A DNA stretch of 50,075 nt from positions 1 to 50,075 of the forward strand of contig MCFE01000646.1 in the NCBI GenBank assembly GCA_002104905.1, given 5' to 3'. The notes beneath the pieces were generated by a model. It had not been told where the DNA came from. It saw only the letters and a program-made list of their open reading frames with translations, and made no database searches. How positions within the stretch are numbered: the stretch's first letter is position 1; the number at the start of each line of letters is the position of its first letter. Origin of the DNA: Basidiobolus meristosporus CBS 931.73 (lineage: Eukaryota; Fungi; Basidiobolomycota). Made by a program: the position numbers and the translations under genes. Positions 36,245 through 46,514 of the stretch are shown piece after piece.

Positions 36245-37622
36245 CTAAGCTTGACCAAAGTGGTTTACTTCATTGAGTCTGTTGTCGATTTCATCGCACG
36301 GCCATTCAAACTCAAACGGTTCAGAACTGATCATCGCTTTGTGTTTCATCTCCTTGCAGAGTTCATGAAGTTCTTCCACCAAGAGATCGACGTATTCAAC
36401 AGTGATGTTCCCTTCGTTAACATTCAGCGAGAGCATTGATGATTGCAGATTACATGTCCCGGAGCCATCCGGCACCTCCTGCTTAACGATAGGTTCGGTC
36501 GGTAATGGTACGACCGAAGGCGAGTCTAGACTCTGTAAGTTGCCAGAGGAGGCGATCTGTAATGGGATAGGTTCACTTGGTCCCGAAGTGGGATTTTCGA
36601 TAATTCGGCTAATTTCATGAGCCCCAGAATTCGTTTGCGGTAGGGACAACATCGGACTCATACTTGGCAACTTCCTCAAATCGACAGATGAATCTCTGTC
36701 ATATTCCTCCATAGACATCATGGACGATGATCTGGCGTCTCGCATATCAACTGGTGAAGACATTATATCTCTGGAGGAGAATGGGGGCGAGGAAACCATA
36801 TCACCCAGAGAGACCGAAGGAGAGGGCGAGGAGTTGGGTGAGCCGAAATAAGGTGAGCTTAAAGACCTAAATTCGAGATTATTGAAGTCCTCCTTGCAGT
36901 CTTCTTTGAAGGCTTTTAAGGAGATCTGTAATTTTTTGTTTTCTTCTTTGAGAGCCTCTGCCAAGTCCTTCAACTGACAGTTTTCCTGTTGGGACTGTTG
37001 GTGTAACTTTTCCAATTCCCGGATTCGGTTTAATAGATCTTCTTGCTGTCGGGTTTTACGTTCACGGAAAAGGCGTTGGGCTTCCCGATTTTGCATTTGT
37101 CGTTTCTGTTAAAAATGAGCCGTCACTCCAGTAAGACTATGCCATTCATAAGGTAATATGCATTGCTACGTACGGATATGGGGGCGGTCAGCACTTGCTT
37201 GCGTCCGGGTTTCTTTGGAACGGGCGAGCTTTCTGTGACAAGGAAGGTTAGAAGAACTTGTTACACGAAGCGGAGAAATTAAGTTACCGGCGTTTCCATC
37301 GGCCGTTTCCTTTCTTCGTCTTCCACGTTTACCTAACACTGGTGAGGATACATGTTTGCGAGTAGGCTATGAACAAAAAATACCTCTCTTTGCGGTGGGA
37401 TTAATATCCCAAGTAGAAAAGGGCGAGGGATTGTTATTGGAGGGGTCTTGTATTATGAAAGTATTGTCTTGCATTTGTGGTGTGTTCGGCGCTGGTGTAG
37501 TAAAAATGGAGAAGAGGATCGGATGGAAGATTAAACTAAAGCCCGAATATAAAAATATTTCCGGAGCTGTACGGAGTTAAGTTTTAGTCAATAGATTGAT
37601 ACATACGTGTATATATGTCCAT
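36245..37622 (-). CDS. Yap1/Pap1-like bZIP transcription factor (predicted exons 37622-37607, 37491-37288, 37232-37174, 37105-36245; in-frame TAG at 37369-37367)
   Basis: Basic region KKPGRK...KRQMQNREAQRLFRERK followed by a leucine zipper. C-terminal LHELCKEMKHKAMISSE resembles the Yap1 c-CRD IDGLCSELMAKAKCSE. Confidence 0.82.
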
Positions 37623-37892
37623 TCTCACATTGGTTGGGGAACACCAATCAAGCATTGCCGGGAACCAGTGATCATTTTAAGAGTCTGTCGCAATCCAATT
37701 ATTTATTAATGGCTCAAGAGGCAATTGCATTCAATTTTTTCAAAGATAATATTATGTGAATAGATTTGGATTAGCCGTTGGTTTTATTGGCTGGATTGAT
37801 TGATATTGTTCCATTTTACACAACTCGCCGTGTTGAGCTCGAGCGGATTGAGGCGAAAATAAACAAAGGTCACCTTTCTAGACGGAGTGCTT
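37623..37892. promoter_or_regulatory. Shared divergent promoter region between the bZIP gene and ORC1
   Basis: 270 bp between opposed predicted ATGs. CCAAT/ATTGG boxes at 37629, 37644, 37695 and 37786. Confidence 0.5.
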
Positions 37893-39886
37893 ATGTCGAG
37901 GCAAACGCAGATTATTGATTATTCAGATGAGGTAGATCTCCACTTCGACTGGTTCTTCACCCTTTTTCCTATGCTAAATCAGCTTTTCCTGAATCCAGCC
38001 CGCTGAGCGAAACCAGAATGAAATAGATTGCGCTCTGGAGCATCTCCAAAAGGAGTTAACCCACTGGCGACCTTTCCAGGTACTCGATCTCAAAGCAGAG
38101 AGTTGTGAAGAGGAACATAAACCTAGATATAAAGAAAGAGAGATATATGTTATAGATTATGGTGAAGGAGCAAACCAGTCAACTCCAGAGCCTGCTCAGG
38201 CCATACCAAAACCTCCCAAAAAAACAAAGGCACCCCGAAAGCCAAGGGTTCGTCTGAACCCTGAGCGACAAACGAGCACGCATAAGCCAAAAAAACCCAC
38301 GCTTCCTATTCCCATCATAGCCCAACGTAAATTGGCTAGCACGAATCCTAGTAGTGATTTCGAAAAGGCGCGGCAGATGCTGCATGTGTCTACTGTCCCC
38401 GAAACACTGCCATGCCGTGAAGACGAATTCTGCGAAATTTTAGCGTATTTAGAGAGTGCTTTGGAGGATGGAACTGGTGGCTGTATTTGTAAGGAAATGA
38501 CAAGTCGACACTTGAAATACCTTGGTCACTTATGATAGAGTTAATTACTAGATATTTCTGGAGTCCCGGGAACAGGCAAAACGGCAACCGTTCGTGAAGT
38601 GATCCGGAGTTTGCAAGCCAGAGTTGCCGATGGTGTATGTTACTGATTTACGACCGGATTGGAGACAGACTCTTACTAAGTTTCGCCCATCCCAGGATCT
38701 AGAGCCGTTTCAATTCATCGAAATGAACGGAATGAAGCTCACCGAGCCGTCGCATGCGTATTCTGCACTTTGGGAGGCCTTTACTGAGGAGAAGGTTACC
38801 CCGAAACATGCTGCAGACCTTTTGGAGCACATGTTTTCGTCCCCGTCAACGCGTCAGCAGCCATGGTATGTATAGCATTGACACATGTTTCTGCACAACA
38901 CAAGCTTAGGGATTTTTTATAGTTTGCTCCTGATGGATGAACTAGACCTTCTTGTAACACGCAAACAAACCGTGATGTACAACTTTTTTGAATGGCCCAA
39001 CAGGCCCGAAGCTAAACTTACGGTCATTGCTATTGCAAACACGATGGATCTCCCTGAGCGACTTCTGTCAAACAAGGTATCAAGCCGGCTAGGTAAATAG
39101 AACGATCTCGGAGGATGCCACAGCGAGTTCTCTCTAATATATTGACCACCCAACAGGGCTCACTCGAATTAATTTTCAGCCATACACACACAGCCAGTTG
39201 TACACCATTATTCAATCGCGACTTCAAGATAGTGGCACCTTTGAGAGTGATGCCATAGAATTCTGTGCACGAAAAGTCAGTGCAGTATCGGGGGATGCGC
39301 GACGCGCTTTAGACATCTGCAGGTCAGTTCCTCTTGAAGGCAGCTATAAACAGCATGAAAATTCATGTATCGCACGGTGATTTAATAGGCGTGCTGTGGA
39401 GCTGGTTGAGTATATGCATCTCCGGGAAAGGGGCGACGATAGTACACACACCTCCCAAGTTACCATTAGCATGGTGGATCGTGCAGTGAAGGAAATGTTC
39501 GTCACAAGCAACGTCCAACTCATCCACAGTGCCACGTTACATCAAAAACTGTTTCTTGCCGCACTGGTAGCTCGGCTGAAAAAGAACGGCCTACCGGAGG
39601 TTGAATTTACCGAGGTGAGTGTTTGCGAAATACCCGTTAATTGACAACCATTCCAACCAGCCAATGCTAGGTTATCCAAACATACTTTCAGCTCTGTCGA
39701 ATGAACAGCATCGAGCCGGTCACCACTTCCGAGCTCACCGTAGTCTGCAATTACTTGAACTCCTCTCGTTTCATCCTTCTAGAGCAAACCAACCTTGATC
39801 TTTACCAAAGGATTCGTCTGAATCTATCCGAAGGAGACATCATGCTAGCCCTACGAAACGACCCATTTTTCAAGAAAATCATTTGA
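37893..39886 (+). CDS. ORC1: Origin recognition complex subunit 1 (AAA+ and winged helix), no BAH domain
   Basis: [104 protein letters not shown]. These are ORC1 rather than Cdc6 signatures. Exon 1 is 37893-37931; exon 2 starts at 37999. Confidence 0.92.
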
Positions 39887-40093
39887 GCATTTGTCGTAAC
39901 CGACGCGATGGACACGTTTGAAGTACATCTTGGTGACCATGTCACTGGCAACATAGATGGTCCATAATGGACATTAGAGCTGTGTATACAAAATAAAGTC
40001 TTCCTCTGTAGAATAAATATAGCATGGGTAGTTTCTTGCCGGCAAGAGCACCGGGAGGGTGGCACAATCAAAAGAGAAACGCCAACCCGGATG

Positions 40094-42156
40094 TCATGAA
40101 CAAACAGCCGTACCATAGATCGATTCTGGAATCAAAAGAATTAACAATAGGGCCTGCTGCGGCAGAATGTTGGCCAGGGTGAGGTAAGTTTGGGAGCTAT
40201 GTTGAGGCCAACGACTACAGAACAAAATCCTGGTACGAGGCTCGAAACAATTTAGCACACCAAGGCCATCACGGGGCTGTGACTGCAGATGCTGCTTGAG
40301 GAACGAATGCATGCGATCCACCAGCCCACAGCTGAAGAATTTGTTGCTAGATCTGATTAAACATCAATTATGGAAGTGGAGCCGATATTTCTTGCGATTC
40401 AGGTACAGCGATCAAAAACGGCGATATTGAGGTCATCCTGGAGAAATCCATGACTTTCGCTCATCTTACCATTATGGTACATTCACCAATCGCAATCCAC
40501 TTGGCATCCAGATTAGGCTGCATTTAGGTGGTTTCGGCCAAAAATAAGCTAATTGAGATGCCACAGGAAGAAGCATGAAATGGTCAGGGATGCTGGCAAA
40601 ACTCGATCATTTTCCGTGATCTGCTAGATACGCGAAATGTCCCATGGGTCGAGCTAGAATTTCCCGCCACCATCGATAACCATGACATCAACGCAAAAGC
40701 ATTCCACCACTCTAGCATCCACATCAGGAAATAGATGCTAGTTTATATTTAGTGGATGAGCTGGAATCAAGGGTGGTGCGAACAATTGACCAGATTTCCT
40801 CTTCGTCCCATTGGGCCATTGCGGCAGGCTCCAAGACAGCCCTATCAAATCCCTCCATTTCTCGATTCCGAGTCAGTGCTCAAGTGTACACTAGTTCCTA
40901 TGTTCCAATGGATTCCGGTGATATTCGCCACTCGCACACCCAATCAGCAGCGGAATGGGGGAGGGGCTGTGCGATCCTTCGTGTTTCAGATGGTTAGAGT
41001 CACCGAAAGTAAATACTGGTTACCAAATCTATTTGTATGTTGAGTAGGGGAGTTGCCTGTTGTTTCTCCAAAAAGTAAGGCGATCCCCGTCTACCAGTGG
41101 AGTGCGCAGTCGGCGAAGTGACATAAACCTAGGTTTGGGGTAGCCGACCTGCTGTTCGTTTATCGTTGGCATTCTCAGGTCCAGGCCTAGATAACGTAGC
41201 GGATCTGTTCCCGTGACGAGTCATGGAGCGGCTTGGCTTTGCGCACCCAATACGTCGGAGGTGGCAGGCTTGGTACAAGTTAGTTGTTAATGGTTTAGGG
41301 CTAGGTTTAACAAGGGGCAATCACCTCCATGTCTGGTGCCTTTGTTCGAATGAGGGATCCTCGGCTCAAGTCCCCACGGGTAAGATATTTCTTCCCGCCT
41401 GGCTCGTAATCAAGGGGAGCATAGAAACGGCATGTTGGGATCCAGGTGATCGAAGTAGAGCGCACCGTGGTGCAACCAATCAGTCGGTGAATTATGTCTC
41501 GCCCGAATATTACGGGCACCATTGTCTGGGATCAGACATCCATCACAGGGCAGAGCATGTTGTCGGGTGTGTGGCAAGGTGTAGGCCAGCACCACTGTTT
41601 CTTACGTGTCCCCATTGTATTTCCAGATCTGTGCCGCATCACAATGTGCGATGAGTGGAAGAGTGGGGAAATTTCCTGGTTGCCTGTCGCCTCTCATGAC
41701 AATGGCAGTAGCCGCTTGCACAGAAATTTCCACGGATCAGGGTGGTGAACGATGGTTGTGAATCGTATCCAAATGCTATACCCGTGCCAAGGGCATAAGC
41801 GTCGAGCCATGTGACTCTGACTATTTGGAGTGGAGGTCCAACTTGAGCGGTGTCGCCAACTAGGGTTTACGCGCGTCCGCCATTTGCTGGAAGGTGCAGC
41901 CCTTGCTGGGTCGCGTTCTCAGGACCATTTCCAAATAGGGACAGGGCTCACCCATGTAATCTACACAGCCCATCTCGACCTCAGATTCGCTGAGCCTACT
42001 TTCGGATGTATTCCGGGTAACAATCCTCTGAATACGCTGCGACTCATTGATTTGTGCAACATTTGACGTAATCCAATGCCGGTAATTCATCCGTTGATTA
42101 GCCCTGAACGTACTCATTACTAACTGTACCACTTGCGTTGAGTCACCATAGTACAT
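40094..42156 (-). mobile_element. Possible heavily decayed Ty3/gypsy-like remnant
   Basis: Minus-strand traces in protease, RT-thumb, integrase order: VPVIFGRDIIHRL (~41500), LRYLGLDL (~41190), CGLVDRMHSFLKQHL (~40310; cf. NGLVERxxRTLK). No catalytic motifs seen. Confidence 0.25.
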
Positions 42157-42807
42157 GTACCTAATCCGGTATCGCTCCTGAATTCATATATTAGTTAAAT
42201 TCGTGAAACGGCGAAAGCGTGTTTGCGTGCAATCAGTTGGCCAATTCAGGCCCTTACTCAACGCGGTTTCAAACTGAAGTGGTGCACCAACTTGATGAGT
42301 CCCTGAATCCTGGTGGGTGAGGCTCATCTTGCCGCTGAGCCAGCTCAGAGATCCCGGATACCATGCACCTCATTCCATTCATCAGTGTCGCCCAAACCTG
42401 ATGATTACATGGATGATGCTGTGCAGCACGCGTTGAGCAGAGGAAGATCCTACGGGATGCGTGGATTCACTTAAATGGGTTTCAATCTAAATATATCGAC
42501 TAGGAATTAATACCGCAATGGACGATTTCTAGAATTCCGTGGCTTCATTTTGTACGAATCCTGTAGCTCACCTCTATTAAATGGAGGTACCGATCTTGGC
42601 AGGTTGACCAATCTGGTCATTGATCAAGTGATATCGAATGCCCCAAACGTTCCACCAAAGGGTCGGCCAATCATCGACGACGCATTTTGCTATAAGTACC
42701 TCTGACCTGTCACTGGGCTCTGGGACATTTCTACTCTTCTCTCATCATCTTCCATACCCCGCCATTTGTTGTATTTCTTTTGTTTCATCTTTGTAGAATA
42801 TTTCGTC

Positions 42808-43497
42808 ATGATTTCTCAGCCTTTTGCTCCCCAAATTGTTCGTCCTTCCTGCAATTACTTCGAAAGACCCCACTCTCCAAATGGCTATTTCGCTGCTCAG
42901 CCTATTCCCACCAAACATTTTGGTCCCATCAGTGCCCTCTGCGACTCTCCCATCCTAGCACCCTCTCCCAAGAAAATGTCCTATCGTGGAGGAAGCATTT
43001 GCTCTGAGCACGATGATTTTTTCCCTTGGGAACTGCCCACCCTGTCGGAGGACAGCGATGAGGACAGTTACGATGGCGATTCTCTTTCTGAGCATTCCGA
43101 GGCCGACGAGTCCAGCGAAGCATTCGCCGAGCTTTTCAGCATCATCCATAAGCCTGCATCCCCACTCTTCCACGATGATCGTAACGAGTTGTTCGATTTG
43201 CATGACACTGACGACTCCGACTCTCAAGGTCCTTGCGACTACTTGTGCCGTTCACCCATTTCCCGCACTCAGAATCCACTTCCATTGGACACGATGTTCC
43301 ACAACATCCCTGAAAATCAAGTGTACAATTCCGGTCACCTTGATGTTGCCAATGAGTCGGGAAGTACCTTATCTGCCGCTTTTTCGAAGTTGGATGTGAA
43401 CGATCGCCCAATTAATGCCTCGTTCGAGAAGTTGAGAGTCAGACCCAGATCCCACAGCGTTGGCGCCAAACCTGTGAAGCGTGGAGTAATGTTCTAA
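42808..43497 (+). CDS. Hypothetical intronless acidic/Ser-Pro-rich disordered protein (229 aa)
   Basis: Open frame from ATG 42808, with biased composition (D/E/S tract) and short motifs SPISRTQNPLPLDTMF and RPRSHS. Confidence 0.7.
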   Translation: MISQPFAPQIVRPSCNYFERPHSPNGYFAAQPIPTKHFGPISALCDSPILAPSPKKMSYRGGSICSEHDDFFPWELPTLSEDSDEDSYDGDSLSEHSEADESSEAFAELFSIIHKPASPLFHDDRNELFDLHDTDDSDSQGPCDYLCRSPISRTQNPLPLDTMFHNIPENQVYNSGHLDVANESGSTLSAAFSKLDVNDRPINASFEKLRVRPRSHSVGAKPVKRGVMF

Positions 43498-43835
43498 ATA
43501 CTGTAATTCAAATATGGAGCGGGGACATCTTTAGCATATCACCACTCCTGTATATATTCTTTTTGCTGTATGTCAACCTCGGTTGACTTGTTTTCATCTT
43601 GTCTAAGTACATACAATCTCATTGGCACTCTTCCCTTGTAAGAGCGAGTAAGAAATCTCTTATAGAAAAATTGTTCATATCCCATCGTAAATTATTGTCC
43701 CTTTGCTGATACACTTCTCAACGGTATTTCTTACGAAACATCAGCGAGAGCCTGTTAAAAGGGTGTATAAGAAAATGATCATACTCTGATTGCTTAAATA
43801 AACAATTGAACATCGTAAATCGTCATCCCACTTGA

Positions 43836-43855
43836 ACACACACACACACACACAC
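43836..43855. repeat. (AC)n microsatellite
   Basis: About 10 AC units upstream of the BORCS6-like gene. Confidence 0.9.
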
Positions 43856-43976
43856 GCGCACGCACTCGAATTCGAATTCGAATCAATTGAAGGTAAATGG
43901 GTGCTGATTTGTATTTGATTACCAAAAATCCCCCTGAGTACACTCTTACACACTCCCCCCTCTGTGATCGTACGTA

Positions 43977-44469
43977 ATGAACAGTGGCGATACCGCTTCA
44001 GGACCTAAGCTGGATAACTTTCAGGTGAACGAGTTAGAGAAAGAGGCAGTTCAGCTGTCACACAACCTAGACGAAGTGCTGTTCACTCTGGAGAGGCAGA
44101 TGAAAGAGGTAAGTGGCTACCGCCTACCCGGCCGTTATCCTCCCCCACGACAGGTGAGTGGGTAACAGAAACTTGCTTGTTCACGCTTTAGTGCGCCGAG
44201 TTCACCCTCAAGTCCATCGAGGCGTACAAGCTCGGGATAGACAGCGTCGGGAACACCGTGGAGGAAGGTATCCAGAGTACGGTGGAGCTGATCCGGAAGT
44301 GCGACGAGCTAGACAAGGATTTCGCCGCCATACACAACCTGTCGGCCCAGATGTAGGTGGTCCCAAGTGCGTCCCCCCCCCCCCCGGGACAAGTCGAGGT
44401 ACTCACCTTTTGCCATGTAGAAAAAACCTCAACCAAACCCTGGATGTTTTGGAGGGCCTAAGTAAGTAG
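43977..44469 (+). CDS. BORCS6: BLOC-1-related complex subunit 6 (BORCS6/lyspersin C-terminal domain) protein, 113 aa (exons 43977-44108, 44192-44352, 44421-44469)
   Basis: Spliced product NELEKEAVQLSHNLDEVL...TLKSIEAYKLGIDSVGNTVEEGIQSTVELIRKCDELDKDF...LSAQIKNLNQTLDVLE matches the BORCS6 helical pattern (LExEA...YxxAV...KCEEL...LAxQIK...LDxxE). The 342-nt CDS is in frame. Confidence 0.78.
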
Positions 44470-45230
44470 GAGTGGTGGTGGTGGGTGCGTGTGCTTGTGC
44501 GTGTGCGTGTGCGTGTATGTGGAGTGCGAAGATGTCACTTATCCCTAATTCTCCTCGAGCCGCTGTTTATTGACGACCTTTCAGCTGTACCCCACCGCTC
44601 TCCCTTAGCTTGACCCCTACTCACATCGGCCATATGTGGTGTCAGACGGGTTCGGGCCTTCCCCGAGCCTCCTACCGGCTCCAGCGACCCTTACACGTTG
44701 GCCGGGGCACCTCCCTCCGATACTCGCTTGTTCTTACCGCAATAAACACGGCCTGGTTCTCTTCGTCGACACCACCTCGGTGGGATTATTTTCGGACCCC
44801 TCTCCCACGACCCTGATCGGGCTCGGGTGTGTCGGTTCATACATGCTTGGCGGGGTAGGGTGGGCTTGCCAGATGGTTGTCGTTTTCGCATGTTTCCAAA
44901 GTCCATCTACCGAGGAAGTCGTTTGGATCCTATCGTGGCGATCTACCCAGTGAACGGATGGGTGGAGTTCGGGGCGTCCCGTGCCTTTGCCCCTCCTCTA
45001 GGACCGGTCATCCCACCAAGGGGGGAGGGGTGAAGAGCATCCTGGAGGCGTGGTCATACAAGCAGGGATCGGCATGGAAGCAATCCAGGGTCTAGTGAAA
45101 GGACTATGAACCCGCACTGGTTGTCGTATCTTCCTGTGGAAGGTTGAGGGGGGGGGGCTGGTGGGTGACCAGCTGTATTTCCTCGGTCCTGGAAGATGGG
45201 TCAAGAATCGTGCAAGATTGACTCCAAGCC

Positions 45231-45789
45231 AATACTAATTTCTTGTTGGGATCTACTTGGAATATTCTCACCAAACTACCAGGTGCCCAGATTGTGACCT
45301 TCCTCAAAGTTGTCCAAAAGACCCCAAACTTTGCACACATACTCTTGGGACCTTCTTTAACAAACTCTACACACTTGATTGCTCTAGTTTATCAAAAGTA
45401 TAAATACCATGCTTCTGATTAATCAATCTACAAGTGAATCACATGCAAATCCTCTAGTTCTCCACATCACTTCCGATACACCTCAGAATATTGCACCAGC
45501 TTATGAGCCCCAAGCCTGCTGTCCTCTTGGTGTCTACTTTGCCTTGGATCCTTTTCTGCTAGTCTGGAGAAAGACTTTCTGCACTATTGCTCTAATAAAT
45601 TTAAAGATGACCACCACTGCTAAAGAACTATGTTCTTGAGGATATTGTGGAGGAGAAGTAGGCCTTGCCTTCAAAAGACACATTCAGTAACTACCCATGC
45701 TACTTATGAAGGAGAGTCTATCAAGCTGGCATGTAAATATGTCAAGAAATATGGTACATTGGTGGATACCTTCCCAGTTGGGATTAACA
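45231..45789 (+). mobile_element. Remnant of a diverged sister copia subfamily: 5'-truncated LTR (to 45498), PBS-like GCTTATGAGCCCC, gag start
   Basis: LTR core is homologous but diverged and ends TTGCACCA. The PBS is at 45499-45511 and the following sequence is homologous to the gag 5' end (gatattgt...ggagaag). It is interrupted at 45790 by copy 2. Confidence 0.75.
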
Positions 45790-46502
45790 TGTTGTAAAAA
45801 TTTGTAATTCCACCTAAATATTCACCTAGCTTAGTCACTTAAATCATTACCCTCAAATTCTAGAGAATACTCACCAAATTCCTTGTTTGGATTTACTTGG
45901 AATATTTTCACCAAAATACCAGGTACCCAGAACATGAAAATTCTCAAAGTTGTCCAAACAGCCCCAAACTTTGCACACATGTTCTTGGGACCTTGCTTAA
46001 CCTATTCTATGTGTTTGTAATGCCAAGACCATGTAAAAGTATAAATACTACTTTTGCATTCAATAAATCATTAAGTGAAAACTGTTGTAAAAATTCGTAT
46101 TTCCACCTAAATATTCACCTAACTTAGTCACTTAGATCATTACCTTCAAATCCTAGAGAACACTGACCAAATTCCTTGTCGGGATTTACTTAGAATATTT
46201 TCACCAAAATACCAGGTACCCAGAACATGAAAATTCTCAAAGTTGTCCAAACAGCCCCAAACTTTGCACACATGTTCTTGGGACCTTCCTTAACCTATTC
46301 TACGTGTTTGTAATGCCAAGATCAGGTAAAAGTATAAATACTACTTTTACATTCAATAAATCATTAAGTGAAAACCACATAATCTACTTGTTCTCCAAAT
46401 CACTTCCAATATCTCCAAGACTCTTACAACAAAAACCACACAATCTACTTGTTCTCCCAATCACTTCCAATCACTTCCAATATCTCCAGGACTCTTACAA
46501 CA
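45790..46502 (+). repeat. 5' LTR of copy 2, split by an inserted solo LTR (pieces 45790-46082 and 46437-46502)
   Basis: Starts TGTTGTA at 45790, breaks after AAGTGAAAAC, resumes after AAAAC and ends TACAACA at 46502. Contains a 10-bp tandem duplication CCAATCACTT at 46457-46476. Confidence 0.92.
46083..46431 (+). repeat. Solo LTR nested inside the 5' LTR of copy 2
   Basis: TGTTGTA...TACAACA, 349 bp, with perfect 5-bp TSD AAAAC at 46078-46082 and 46432-46436. Confidence 0.95.
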
Positions 46503-46514
46503 GGTTATGAGCCC
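46503..46514 (+). other. Primer-binding site complementary to the tRNA-iMet anticodon stem-loop
   Basis: GGTTATGAGCCC directly after the LTR is the reverse complement of GGGCUCAUAACC in the initiator tRNA-Met anticodon arm (Ty5/Drosophila copia type). Confidence 0.85.

Noticed and set aside
11776-37369. Two in-frame TAGs (AKR 11776, bZIP 37369) suggesting TAG reassignment
   Set aside because: TAG is the normal terminator of TPR, BORCS6, the LST2-like, ankyrin-like and bZIP genes in this window, and the AKR has other lesions.
42190-42215. AAATTCGTGAA match to U6 snRNA
   Set aside because: Only 11 nt; the ACAGAGA box and the rest of U6 are absent.
43866-43881. TCGAATTCGAATTCGA palindrome as a heat-shock element
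   Set aside because: Spacing does not fit nGAAnnTTCn; it is a simple hexamer repeat.
44849-44864. Potential G-quadruplex
   Set aside because: Only three G3+ tracts in close spacing.
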